A stretch of 61,807 nt of DNA, filler included, from Choristocarpus tenellus KU-1152 (Eukaryota; Protista; Phaeophyceae): assembly GCA_964200185.2 (NCBI GenBank). It is 8 parts of 8 records of this genome, joined end to end, with 100 filler letters (N's around TTAATTAATTAA, not from the genome) between each part and the next. Parts side by side here need not be neighbours in the genome. Positions count along the whole stretch, not along the records: positions 1 to 3,564 come from CAXNAD020019233.1; positions 3,665 to 11,559 come from CAXNAD020005431.1; positions 11,660 to 16,762 come from CAXNAD020011864.1; 5 more parts are not named here. One strand, given 5' to 3'. Numbering within the stretch: the first letter of the stretch is position 1; every line of letters begins with the position of its first letter. The position numbers and the translations under genes were made by a program. The notes under the pieces are model-generated. The model was given only the letters and a program-made list of their open reading frames with translations. It did no database searches and was not told where the DNA came from. Of the stretch, positions 1-12,449 are shown in pieces.

Positions 1-290
1 GGGCTGCCTCCTCTCGTACATGTTGACCATACAAGCTGACCACCATAGCTGCAGCACCCCTCGTGGCCTGTCCCAGCAGGAACCACAAGGCTTCGCGATG
101 CCTGACGTATTCATCGTACGAGTAGCGTTCCTTGAATGATGTATCAGCTGTGGGAGGTTCAAGAATGCGATGCTGGTTGTAGGATGCAGTACAGTCTCTT
201 GCCACCCGCATAGCTCACCAACGCCATCCTCCATTCTGCCCAATTCTCCCTTGTAAGCCCCCGCGCTCCACTCCATAGTGGCAGCATACG
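1..290 (-). pseudogene. Ty1/Copia gag N-terminal remnant (frameshifted, runs off window)
   Basis: Minus strand gives LPLWSGARGLTRENWAEWRMALVSYAGGKRLY..., then in another frame YDEYVRHREALWFLLGQATRGAAAMVV. It lies just downstream of an LTR and PBS. Confidence 0.55.
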
Positions 291-311
291 GGAGTCCGCT
301 TACATACCAAT

Positions 312-664
312 GAGGTTCATAACCTATGCAAAAGAGAACTCTTCTAATAGAGTCTTTGCTTTAAGTTGTACGGATTTATTTATTAGCGGAGTGAGCACAG
401 CCCTTGGTGATGGGGTGCTCTTCCTTGTATTATTATATATTGCGCACGTCATCAGACAGGTCAAAATGTGTCTGTGTCAGTCACACTACGTCAGCCACCT
501 ATATTGAACAAAATAAGAAACCAACCCATCGAGACTCAAACTTACAACTCGAAGCACACCAAATCAAATCCTTGACCTTTACTCTACTCAGTCAATACTT
601 CTGTTGTATTCCACTGTTCACTACATATATAACTCCCTATAGACTGCCTAGCCTATATTGCACA
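312..664 (-). mobile_element. Copia 5' LTR (327-664, TG...CA) plus primer-binding site (312-324)
   Basis: Minus strand starts TGTGCAATA at 664, where mariner coding homology breaks. It ends TTTTGCA at 327, followed 2 nt later by GGTTATGAACCTC, resembling the copia-type GGTTATGGGCCC PBS. Confidence 0.6.
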
Positions 665-1493
665 GGTACACACCTTACCCACCTTTGAACATGTAAAATC
701 ACTTCTCGTCCACATGCACCCAGTCATATAGATCGTCCACAAATACCCCACTCTCCCCCCTCCTGTGCATATGGCTGATGAAAAACCCACCCTGTGAACT
801 TTGTGCTGGTCTGAGAGGACTGGCTTAATCCACCGCTTGACTTTCTTCACCTTAGAGCTCGCGCTTGCCCAGATCCCACAATGAAGCAAGGGAGATCCCA
901 GTTTGGTCATCCATTTTGCGGCAGGATGTGCTGTGTACCGATGAAACATCCCACAAGGCCGAGGATACTTCTACAGTGGCCACATCACCCCTTGCGATGT
1001 CATACAAAGTCTATGCATTCACATTGTGCGATTTGGCTGCCATACTCCTCCGCATGACGGAGCACAGTGATTGGGAAAATTCGAAATCCTCCTCAATGGA
1101 CACCGCCGTCGCACGAGGCATCTAAGTCTCGCGCCCTCTCAACTCCAGGTATTGCACCACTATACTAATTCTTTGTCGGGGGGATTGAGTCTTGACCCCG
1201 GACAGACTTCTGGACCGAAGAATTGGGATCGACGGGCGATGGTGGGATGAGTGAGTCACGCGAATAACAACCACTTCAACAGTTTCACAACGTTTTGAAC
1301 CCTGTTAAATATGACTTCGTCGACTTTGTACTGGTAATCCTCCACAGTCTTGACATCCGACCATCTCAAACTTTGCACACCTCCTAATCTATACGAGAAC
1401 TAATCTTCATCCAGAGGAATATCACCTGGGTCATTTCCAGGCGAGAACGGAGCTTGCAAATGTTATGTTACATTTAATTCCGAACGGAGGAAG
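665..1493 (-). mobile_element. Tc1/mariner (plant-mariner-like) element, 5' half, degenerate, truncated by Copia insertion
   Basis: TA-CTTCCTCCGTTCGGAATTAAATGTAACATAA terminal repeat ends at 1493. Fragments KRWIKPVLSDQHKVHRVGF and VDDLYDWVHVDEK*FY match the copy at 48690-49915. Confidence 0.85.
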
Positions 1494-2103
1494 TATTTGT
1501 CTATCATTTAGTGAGTATGATCCTGTACATAGGTTCGTCGTACATGTTTGTCCAGTCCACTTTGTATACTGCAATCAAAGCAATAAAGCGATTAGTCGAA
1601 GTTAGAGATCCTGCACATTTGAAGATATTTCCTTTATGGCACCCTCTACGAGCCTTGTCTTCACCCACAGGCTTGTGGATTGGAGCTACATATCCATATC
1701 ATGGTAAGCTTTTGACCGTTTTGTAACAAATTGTCATACATTTGCCCTGAGAATAACCATACTTCTTCTACAATTTTAGATTGCTATTTGTGTGAGTATG
1801 GAAAAAGAGAGAAAAGAGATGGGAGCCTCACACGATTCCCCTTTGCTGAATGGGGTCACATGGTTGAAGAGAGAAGAGTGATATTATTGTATATGGTGGG
1901 GCTTGGTTTAGCACCTGTTCTTTCTAGAAAGAATCACTACCAAGAACTACTTAAAACGTTTCAGAAACTCCATCACGATATAGAAAGCGTCTCAAACACG
2001 TGAACATCAATCTATGATTTATTGTCGATAAATTGTCAGCAAGATACGAATTATCATCTCAAATACCTTTTGTTACTGTAATTCATAGATCTTATCCTGG
2101 ACA

Positions 2104-3140
2104 CTCCCCCATGATGAGAGTGTAAGCAAAAAGAACACAGATTTCTTCAACTCTCACACAGTAAACTCATTTTATTAATGCAGTGTCTACGAAATCGTCT
2201 ATCTGCTGCTTGCATAGTCACTTAGTCAAAACTTCAGCTAGCTGCAGAACACTTGGTATGTACATCACATCGAAAAATCCCTCACTCACTTATTCTCTTG
2301 TACATTTTAACTTTATGTGAGTCAAAGCATTTAAGAGGGTAGGGCCGCGTGCGTTTGGTTTCCAAAATCCAATTTTGCGATTTTGATTAATTTTGGCTAT
2401 CGTTTTCGTTTTTGTTAGCAAGTGTCAATATCCTTCCTCCGGACACATCCTTCATAGTCGTATATATTTCAGGTAACTGTGTTTACACAGAAAACCGAAA
2501 AAAGGCATCAAAAACCCGTGGTGACCCCAAACGGATAAACAGGGCAAAACTCTCACCCTCTTGAATGCTTTGGCTCGTGCGAACATGCCCCACTCTTCCA
2601 TTTAACCTCATAGTTGTTCCAGCCAGTATCGCCCATCGGTTTCCTTCATAACAACTTGTAACTCCTTGTCGTATGCTGAGCTCCCCTAGGATTTCTCTGA
2701 AAAAAAACACATGTCTCATCCCTTCTCTGCCATTGCTGTCCAGACTACTTCTGACATAGATAGGGTTATTGCTCCTTGCAATTTCGGATTCCACGTGATT
2801 GATGTTCCATTGAACAATAGTTGATATCCTGTAATGCTCTGCCTTAGTACAGGATTGTTGACCCAGTCCGAGTCCCCATACCGGATGTACCATTTACTTT
2901 GTCTGTTTCTTGTTCAGTGGGATAGTGTATCCCCACATTGGTGGAGCCAGCAATGTAATGCAGTGCATATTGCAGTCCCTTCCAGTGCCACCTGTATGGT
3001 GACAAAGCAGTGCGACCTAGTTCCCTCACAGATCTGAAGAGATCAGGCACTCCCTCCCTTTTGAGTGAATCTCTGTGCCTACAACTTGGCCTTGAACTGT
3101 GTATTTGTCCCTTCGGTTGGTTGTTTTATCTTGAATACGA
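2104..3140 (-). pseudogene. Copia reverse transcriptase C-terminus / RNase H remnant with polypurine tract
   Basis: HWKGLQYALHYIAGS, YGDSDWVNNPVLRQSITGY...NGTSITW, REILGELSIRQGVTSCYEGNRWAI, GHV..IK and QLAEVLTK match the Copia RT/RNase H consensus. A GGGGGAG tract at 2104-2110 is followed by a TGT LTR start. Interrupted by a MITE. Confidence 0.85.
2319..2576. mobile_element. MITE, GRG-terminal family (Sola2-like), full copy
   Basis: TIR GAGTCAAAGCATTTAAGAGGGT ... ACCCTCTTGAATGCTTTGGCTC. Homologous to copies at 3146, 16434, 23700, 32888 and 52931. Confidence 0.8.
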
Positions 3141-3145
3141 ACTTG

Positions 3146-3290
3146 GAGTCAAAGCATTTAAGAGGGTATGAGTTTTGCCTTGTTCGTCCGTTCGAGGCTT
3201 GGCTTCCCACGGTTTTTATATGCTGATTTGGGTTTTCTGTGCGAACACAGTTATCTAAAATGTATACGACTATGAAAGGTGTGTGTGTCT
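3146..3290. mobile_element. Partial copy of the same MITE family, opposite orientation
   Basis: Starts GAGTCAAAGCATTTAAGAGGGT and matches the reverse complement of about 2440-2576. Confidence 0.75.
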
Positions 3291-3564
3291 GGAGCAATTT
3301 CTGCGATAGGTGGGGGTGGGTCTTGAGCAATTTCTGTGATGTGGTGGGGGGTCTTGAGCAGTTTCGGTGATAGGTGGGGGTGGGTCTTGAGCAATTTCTG
3401 TGATGTGGTGGGGGGTCTTGAGCATTTTCGGTGATAGGTGGGGGTGGGTCTTGAGCAATTTCTGTGATGTGGTGGGGGGTCTTGAGCAGTTTCGGTGATA
3501 GGTGGGGGTGGGTCTTGAGCAATTTCTGTGATGTGGTAGTGGGGGTCTTGAGCAGTTTCGGTGA
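3287..3564. repeat. G-rich minisatellite, alternating 31- and 33-bp units (64-bp dimer)
   Basis: GTCTTGAGCA recurs at 3320, 3351, 3384, 3415, 3448, 3479, 3512 and 3545 and runs into the contig end. Confidence 0.95.
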
Positions 3565-3664
3565 NNNNNNNNNNNNNNNNNNNNNNNNNNNNNNNNNNNN
3601 NNNNNNNNTTAATTAATTAANNNNNNNNNNNNNNNNNNNNNNNNNNNNNNNNNNNNNNNNNNNN
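3565..3664. other. Artificial contig spacer
   Basis: N44-TTAATTAATTAA-N44 (stops in all six frames). Confidence 0.98.
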
Positions 3665-5440
3665 CGTCTTGCCCGGTGATTCTCTTCGCCACCCTTGCCT
3701 GAGTGAACCACGCCGCCACAGAATCACACGATTCACACTACACATATAATATAATGTATTCAACCAATCAATACACAACATATATATACTCCGTATTTTC
3801 AATCTTGGGTTCAAGAGTCAAAACTCTAAGTGGTTCATTCTCACATAAAATAATCGATTCTAGAATGTAAGTATTCGCTCGCAAGATACAATTGGTTGCA
3901 CCATTAGAGATGACAACAAGCTAAAGTGATCCACTATATCGAAGCATCATCTTCATGATCAAGGAAAGTGACTTATTCTTATTCTTATTCTTACTATTAT
4001 CATTCCAACCAATACCTGGCAATAGTACGCAGGACAGAACAAGACACAGTGAGTACAGTGTCTGTACAAGTGAAAAGCGAGGCAGAAAGAGGAGTCTGAG
4101 ACCCCACCCATGGTCAAAAGGGAGAACAAGAAATTAAACTCAAAGAAGGCAAAAAATGGAACCCAAATATAAACAGGGAAAGAACAAATGAGTCAAGGAA
4201 GGAAAATCAAGACCCACTTACAACTCTGCCCCTAGAGTACCACCATGCAGAGAACAGAACATCATCACTGCCACCAAAAACCCAAAACTCTTTGAAAACT
4301 TAAGAGACCCCAACCGATTCATCCGTTCAAACACCACACATAAAAAATGCAAAAAAAATGGAACCCCTCCCCCCCCCAAAAATGAATGCAATACTCAAGA
4401 GCCCTTACTTGTTCAATACATATTCTGTATCGTTCAGCTGTGTCCCCAATACACCTGAAAATTGTCAAAAAAATCAATAGAAAAAGAAGAAACTGTTCCC
4501 TTAGAAACAGAGTGCTAACCTAATACCATGCCACGTCAAAGGCTGCTCTGGGATATAGAAATTCACCAGAATGAAATACATATATGTTCAGCCACACACC
4601 ATAGACATCCTGTTAAGGTTAAAAAACATGAGTAAGTGCAGCCATGGAAACACTACTACCACTGATCCAGAGTAAGAATATATCTTACACCACTTATTCA
4701 ATGTCTTGAAAGATGCACAATTTGGCTGGTCCAACTCGCCTTCATCGTTTTGCTTGTGAAGGTCACCAGTTCAAACTCATTTTTTTTCTAAAAAAGCAAG
4801 CCAACAATCAAGAAATCCATTTGGAGGAAGTTTCTCAGCCAAAACGGTGACTCCACTTAGATCGGAAAAAAAAACACCTTTAATTAACAAGCAAAAATCC
4901 TCCACCTCTCCTCACCCACTGACACTGTTGTCTGCTTTGGCCATACTTACAACGGAAGTAAAAAGAGTAAAATCTAGTCTGTCCAAGAATATGGAAAAAA
5001 ATTCCCTCCATTGCACTCCAATCAGCCTCATCCCAGTCACACTATGATTGCCAACCACTGATCCACAAAAACATCGGTAGAGGAAGAGGCCCATTTTTAA
5101 AACCCATGACAAAAACACTCTCCGATCGATATCTACGTCTGGTCCAACCCCTAAAAAAAGATGCCCTTCTAGCAATGCCACTCAACCAAGGGGTACTGCC
5201 AACCTCGGGGACTATTTTCACGGAGGGGTCTTCACCTCCCTCACCCCCTTGCTCTATCTCTTTCACAACTCAAAACCAGAACACAAACAAAAAGGCAACA
5301 CACAAACAGGGACTACAAACACCCGGTGTGAAAATAATCCCTCCCATTTAAACCCTCCTTAATCACAATCCACATTTCTGGAAGATGGCAGAGGGTACAT
5401 GGTACAGAAATGGAACTCAACCTACGTCACTTGACTACCT

Positions 5441-8400
5441 CTAGAAATCGTTAATTTGGTTCTCGTCCAGCATGGACAAGCTGGCCTTGCTCAACACGGT
5501 CTGGAATGCGAAGGTTGGAGCCATGAGCAGTCCCCCATTGACACGATCTGAAATATGCATTGTTGTAGTAATTACATATGTTTGTCCATCCCAATGAGAT
5601 AATTGTGACATGGAGTCACAGGTGTTGGCAACCCATACGCATGTTGAAGCAGCAGACCAATCAAGACGAGCGACAAATGGCAGGAGGAGGAGAGGAGAGC
5701 AAAGGGATTGTGAACAATAAAAAGAAAGGAGGTAGGAGGTTAGGAGGCAGATGCTTCACACAACAGGTAGTCAGGCTCGATAATTATTGCTAAAGAATAC
5801 TGACACTAAGCATTAATGAATAAAACATGGGAGGGGGGAGAGTATGGGAGGCTTCAAGGGGAGGTGCAGTGAGGGGATTGAGCAGGAGCAGTTGTTTAAT
5901 CAGGAGACTAATTGAATCCTTACGTGTGATAGTACAAATTTCAAGTAATGGTTGCCTCTGTTCTTGTACAGATAGTTAGTTGGTACCATGCACAACCATT
6001 TCAAGGTTACTTTACAAATGCTGAGGGTGATCAACTTGCCTATTGAAAACCCGAAGTATGAAATACCTCATACCCATCCTCATTTTGTAGCATGATTTTA
6101 CCATGCATTCCAGCTTGCAGTTGAGTATCTCCCACGCTTGCTTGACTCATTTACAAAGTCTTCAGAGCAAACTAAGTTTTTTTCAGCACATTGAAACTCA
6201 ATTCCTGACAACAGCAGACCGCTTTTATCATCTCATGCTATGAATCCCACATTCTCAGTTTCCAATGCTCTGCTCATTCTCCATCCACATCTCCTCCTGC
6301 TCAGTCAAATATTCTAAACAAAGGTCTAAAACTATGTATATAAATACCTACAACTCATAAACAAAAAGCCTAACTACAAAAAAACAACTAAAAGGCTATC
6401 CACCCTCTCACCCTGTGCGTGATTCACTGCCGTGGGGATACTCAAGAAGTACCGCCTTCCCAGGGTGGCTCTCAAAACAGGAGACTTCACCACCTGTACA
6501 GAGGCGTTACAGGCACAAAGAGGGTTAATACCAAAAATATAACAATACTCCTTCGTTTGTGCCCAAATTAAACCTATGACTATGAGCTTGTTTCAAAACC
6601 TTGTAAAATCGTCACAAACAACATACAGTGGCTGATGTGCTCATCCAGAGCTCTCTCACGTTACGTGTCATAACCAAAGTTAGAGATAGTGTGTGTGTGT
6701 GTGTGTGCGTGCGTGAGAGAGAGAGGGAGAGAGAGAGAGAGGGAGAGCAAACAATGTAGAACATTGCACAAGCTGGTCTGACCTGGAACAACCCCCCCTC
6801 CCCCCCCCCAAAAAAAAGCCTTCAATTTTGATCGACACCACAAAGAGAACTCCACTATGAACCTCAGGCAACACACTAAGTGGATAAAATCTTCACTTGA
6901 CAGAGGGGAACTCATTTCAGGCTAGAACATCGAAAAGGATGGTTGGTGAGATATGGGTGATTGAGAACATTTCTGATTGGCTAATGGATGGAGCTGAAGT
7001 TGGAATACAAAAAGTTAAGGTTTCATTTATCTGACCTGGGATATGGGTGGAGTTGGGTACTGTGATCATCGGATCAAATCCCGCCGTAATTTTTTTTTTG
7101 TGCACCTTGAGTTGTTTTCTTGATATATACTATTGTAAGCATATTTCATGAAAAAAAAAATTCCCTAAAAAAATTTCTACTGCAACTTTTAGAGTTTAAA
7201 TGACCAAACTGTGAGGGTCACTTCATTTCGATTTGTAGGAGAAACTCACTTATGTTTTTGAAAGAGTTGACCCTCAAAAGCCTGTGGTCAAAACTAAACA
7301 TGCTTGAGGTGATTAGGGGGATTTAACTTTTTTGTTTCCTCAAGCCGCACCAGCCTGTAGCTACAACAATATGTCATTTCATCACAGAGAATTTCAGGGT
7401 TAATCTTGCCATCCCAGCTATATAACTGATCCCTATTATGCGACTGCGACATCAGATTTGAACAAGAAAATTGCCGCAATTACAGCAACTATACCTATAG
7501 CCCACTACAGTTCTTTCCACCTACACAGCCGGCCTATCTATGCCCTGGCCCCCAAAACTCACTCTGCCCCCCTGCTGCCCCTTCCCCCCAAACCATCCCA
7601 CATCTCCCCTGCCTTTGGACAGAGGTTTCAGCACAAATGCATACCTGCGTCATCATTGGATCGCTTACAGGCGCCAGCAACATTTCTATGGGGGGTGAAT
7701 GGTCCAGGAGCAATGCCACAAGACCTTCCAGCATCCTCATAGAGCTAAAGTCCAGGGAGTGAATGCTGCTGCTGTCAAGGATAATATACTGAGTGCAAAT
7801 ATGTTTGTGTTTGTGTTGGAGGGCATAAGGGGGGGGGGGGGGGGGGGGGTTTTGGGGGGGTAATTTCAGGTGTCACAAAAAAAGATGCACTTTTATTCTN
7901 NNNNNNNNNGGAGAGGAGAAAGGGGGGGGGGGGGGAGGGGTTATTGAGAGATGTAATCATAGTGATCGCAAACAGAGTTGCACTATCATTATCATAAGAT
8001 GGATTGTTCAAAAGGTGACCTCCCGAAAGGAATATTCTGAAGACAGTAAATCTATCCACTGGTATGTAACGTGGGCAATCTTCAATCATACTACAAACAA
8101 AAGCAACTGCCTCCCAATTGACACCAAGGTACCAAATATGAAACTATCAGTGTTGATGGTATGGCATCACGATGAAAGAAATCCATGGCTGTATGAAGTA
8201 TTTTGAGTACTATATACCTCCAGCCGTATACATATGTATATGTGTATATGTATATATGTATGTTGGTAGTACACCTTACAACACTTTACCAATGTGACAA
8301 CCCTCCCAATATTTGTTTGGCGGGAATTGAAGATTTGGATTCAAAATCGTTCCCCTATTTTTTTTTGCCTATATTTTGGTGCTTAGATTGACACACCCGC

Positions 8401-11114
8401 TTGTCTCCAACGTATCTTCACTCAACCTTACGAAAAAATGTCTTGACTTCAGCAAAGGGTGTAACCTATAATTGCAGCCTAAAAAACTAATAGCCATGTG
8501 AATGGGGTGGAGTATGGTGGGGCCATCATCACAAGGATGACTATAACTACTTCGATAGGTTGACCTTGTGATATTTAACTTCCCATAGGTATTCACATAT
8601 CTCAATCCTTACTCCAACACCTCCAGTCCAACCTCTTCCCCCTTATCATGTCTAATCTCTCAACCTCCAAGCAGTAACGGCCCCTGCCCCACACTTTAAA
8701 GCTCATACACAAAACCAAATCCCTGAAAAATCTACAGTCTCAACCCTAAATATTCACACATTTTCATTACTCCCTCCGTCCCATAAGTCCCATAAGGGCC
8801 GTTAAGTTTTTTTTTTGTGTGAATACATTTTTCAAATGTGAGATTCAGAAATAACAATATCATTTGAAGAAGGTCAACAACATCAGCTTGCACATACATA
8901 TCCTCAAAATATTTTTCATTCCGAAATGACTGAGAAACTGCCTTTTGAACACAAACATATATATATATATATATATGTTTCAGAAGGGGCAGATTTAGCG
9001 AGAGAAGAGCAAAACCGGACAAAAGTGGCTGGAAAATATGGTTAATCGGCCATAACATCTCAATGAGACCTCCAATGAAGACACAGTTGCATTGGATTCC
9101 TTGATGAGGCGTTTTTTGCATTAAATTAATTGGTCGTCACTATCATTCTCTCACTCAATCCACCAAGTTGTGGTCGCATTATACACGTCTCTGTCAATGG
9201 GAATCAAGTGATCCAGAATGCCCTCAGGAGAGAATGATAGTGACAACTAATTAATTTAATGAAAAAAACGCCTCATCAAGGAATCCAATGCAACTGTGTC
9301 TTCATTGGAGGTCTCGTTGAGACGTTATGGCCGATTAACTATATTTTCCAGCCATTTTTGTCAGGTTTTGCTCTTCTCTCGCTAAATCTGCCCCTTCAAA
9401 AAACAAACAAAACGTTTGTGTTCAGAAGGCAGTTTCTCAACCATTAACAAAAAAAACATATTTTGAAGATACTTACATGCAAGCCGATGTTGTTGGCTAT
9501 CAAACAATATCATTTACGGTTTATGAATCTTTGAAATCAAACATTTGAAAAAGTTATCCACAAAAAAGCTTAACAGCCCACAATTACGGGACAGAGGGGA
9601 GTATATCACACTTAATGGAACACATTTTCACACCTGCAGAGGAGTTGGGTGAGTTGAGTCCATTGAGGCTGATATTGTGGCAACCTGATCAGACTTCTCC
9701 ACCAGCTTGATCACGGCTCTCCTAAAAACATCCTTATTGGCAAAGTTCAATGACGACCCAAACCTCAGGATTTCTATCCCTGGAATCTTGACCGCCTCTG
9801 CTTGATTTTCAAGGGGGAACAGCAGAGGGTCAGGCACAAAGTCAGACAAAGTCAGACAGTGGTGTGCGGGGGGGGCACAGACAGGCACAGACAGGCACAG
9901 ACAGGCACAGACAGGCACAAAACACAAGTAGAACTAGGACAACTAGGACAACTACTTGCACTGCAGGGGAAAGGTTTCCATAGTTCACAGGATACAAAAG
10001 CAAGCAACAAATAATAATAAGACAGTACATTTGACTATTAAACGAAAGGCCTTAAGATGAAGATTGTGATATCAATAGCAGATTCACAAATGTTTAGCAA
10101 AGTGGAGGGTAGGGACAAGCGATCTTTTGGGTAGTTGATACGCCTTCTGTGTCAAATGAGGCACCTCAACACGAGGACACTGTACATGGCCCCAAATGAC
10201 ACTCTTGGCACTGCTGGGACACACCTCAAGCCTCACTTTTCTTCCCTAAAACAACTTCAAATGATGCTAAATCATAATTTTCAGGTGTGTAATACACTGC
10301 ACTGTACATGATTGCATCTGTCAAACACCATGCTAAATGAGATAACTCTCCATCACATATCAAGTCAACCGTTCTTATATATATATATATATATATAAAT
10401 ATCAGAGATTTGCAATAGGTGTACCTTTTAAGTCTGCCACTCACATACTGTGTGAGGGGGAAGGGGGGGGAGCCAATAATGGTGTCCAAAATAGATCTGA
10501 AACCCTCTTGACATCCAACCATATCACTACACATTCTGACTGGGGTGAGGGCATATTTCTGCACTCAATGTATAAGAACACCTTCCTTCACATTCGCAGC
10601 AAATCAATTCACATCTGTAGAATGGGGCCAAGATCCTCCCTCTGTAGTTGTAGGTACTAATTCAAGGCAAAGCAACAATAAAAACCCCAAAGTATATTAT
10701 TGTATACAACATACCAGAATGTTTTTGAAGCACATAATAACATTTCTCGATGCCCACATCCTTTTCCCTCAAAACCATCGACTCTTTATTTCTGAAAAAA
10801 AAACCCAATCCACTCTTGACACACAAGAGTATTCACCATTACATGCACAGTACACCACTTATCACACACACACACACACAAATATGTATGTATTACAAAT
10901 GAGTAACAGCTAGTTCAATGCATGGATATGGACTGGACATAAGTCGATGTGAACAATCTTGTGAAGTGTTCACACCAACACATCCATCCATGTTCACACC
11001 AACACATACATCCATGCTACCAGCCACTACTACTCACCAGGGTATGTTTGAAGGTCACGGTAGTAGTCAGTGCCAGGCAGGTTCCCCATGTTTATCACCA
11101 TCGGCTGGGATGAG
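5441..11114 (-). CDS. SLC26/SulP anion transporter, 3' part with STAS domain (5' end missing)
   Basis: Phase-consistent GT-AG exons 11038-11114, 9634-9797, 7645-7788, 6412-6493, 5441-5547 give SSQPMVINMGNLPGTDYYRDLQTYPEAVKIPGIEILRFGSSLNFAN...YIILDSSSIHSLDFSSMRML...YFLSIPTAVNHAQD...INDF*. Confidence 0.88.
6689..6747. repeat. (GT)n(GA)n compound microsatellite
   Basis: Seen directly. Confidence 0.9.
8770..9601. mobile_element. Stowaway-like (mariner) MITE forming a long palindrome, intronic
   Basis: TA|CTCCCTCCGTCCC ... GGGACAGAGGGGAG|TA. Arms 8770-9152 and 9228-9601 are reverse complements over nearly their full length. Confidence 0.9.
9874..9919. repeat. 10-bp tandem repeat (GGCACAGACA), about 4.5 copies
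   Basis: Seen directly, in the intron upstream of an SLC26 acceptor. Confidence 0.9.
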
Positions 11115-11559
11115 CTGTTGTATTGTATATGTACAGAACAATTCACATCATATAAGTAAAAGCTAGTAGTATTGTAGTATTATGATGTTGATAAAGTAGT
11201 CGCTTGTGTTGGATGTGGACTTTGAAACAGATTGGGAGGATCGGGTTGTGGGGGGGGGGGGGGGGGGGGGGTATGCGTATCGGGTATCCCTATAAATGAG
11301 TTGGTTTGTTGTTGCAATGGAAAAACAAAAGTCGATATTAATAACTGGTGCTTTATTCATCTTTGGCCTGATCAAGAGAGGGTCGCAGGGAAGGGGATAG
11401 GGGGACAGGGGGCAGAGGCAACCAACCCTATCTGAATGGTAAACCTGCCGATTCAAAAGGTCAGGAGAAATAAATTTCTGGCCAGGAGAGGGGGGGTAGG
11501 GTGGAGGGGGGTTGCATCTCAGCAAAAACAAAGAGCACAGGAGTGTGTATGTTGCAGAT

Positions 11560-11659
11560 NNNNNNNNNNNNNNNNNNNNNNNNNNNNNNNNNNNNNNNNN
11601 NNNTTAATTAATTAANNNNNNNNNNNNNNNNNNNNNNNNNNNNNNNNNNNNNNNNNNNN
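11560..11659. other. Artificial contig spacer
   Basis: N44-TTAATTAATTAA-N44. Confidence 0.98.
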
Positions 11660-12449
11660 CCAAATTGGACAGGGTGTACAAGACATTTAAGTTTCACACG
11701 AGGCCTGCACCTTCAGAATACCTCATTTGACTTGGCATGGATTGTGTGGTTCAGAGGCCTGGCTGGGCCAAAATAATTGAGTCGTAGCCAGAAGGTAACA
11801 ACATCGCATAAATGGGAAATAATGGAAAGAGAATGGAGAGACAACAACGCCCATGTTCTCCAGGTGAAGATGACCTCTTCTGACGTCAAAATCGTCCTTA
11901 GATACGCGGTATAGGCGCGCCTCCCGTGCGACACGAGCACGGACTACTTGATTTAAGTATGGTCCTGTATTTCTCATGCTTACTGCAAGTTGGTCAACCG
12001 AGACCAATCAAATACGGTTAAACATTGATGCGATTACGACAAACGAATTTTCATGAAAAAAATGATCAATAATTATGGCACGATAAAGTTGATCCAGAAG
12101 ACAACTGCCACACTGTACTTTCAAAACATCTGTGAATGGTGTGTCAAGACTGGGGTTTGGAGCAAAGATTTTGGAGACCTGGGAAGCGAGGGAGGATATT
12201 TAGATGCAACTACGTGCCAGCTTACGTAGAGGTATTCTCGAAAGGTGATCCAAGGTGACCGACAGACTGGCAAAGCTGGTGAGATCCTCCGCTGTAGACA
12301 ACGTTTTTGTTGCTACACGATGGAGGGATGTAGAACAGTGATAGTAGCCTATGTTTTAATAGCATAAACAAATTTGTCGAGGGGATCAAACTGACTTTTA
12401 CCAACCCCTGAAAATCTTTAATGTAAACCAGAGCAGACAGAGCGGCTCC

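Noticed and set aside
3287-3564. CRISPR-like periodic array and repetitive ORFs 3079-3522
   Set aside because: No unique spacers and no cas genes; it is a plain minisatellite.
6970-7090. tRNA/SINE-like B-box (GGATCAAATCCC)
   Set aside because: No cloverleaf or convincing A-box.
8732-9447. Paired ORFs with near-identical peptides (KTPHQGIQCNCVFIGG)
   Set aside because: By-product of the palindromic MITE.
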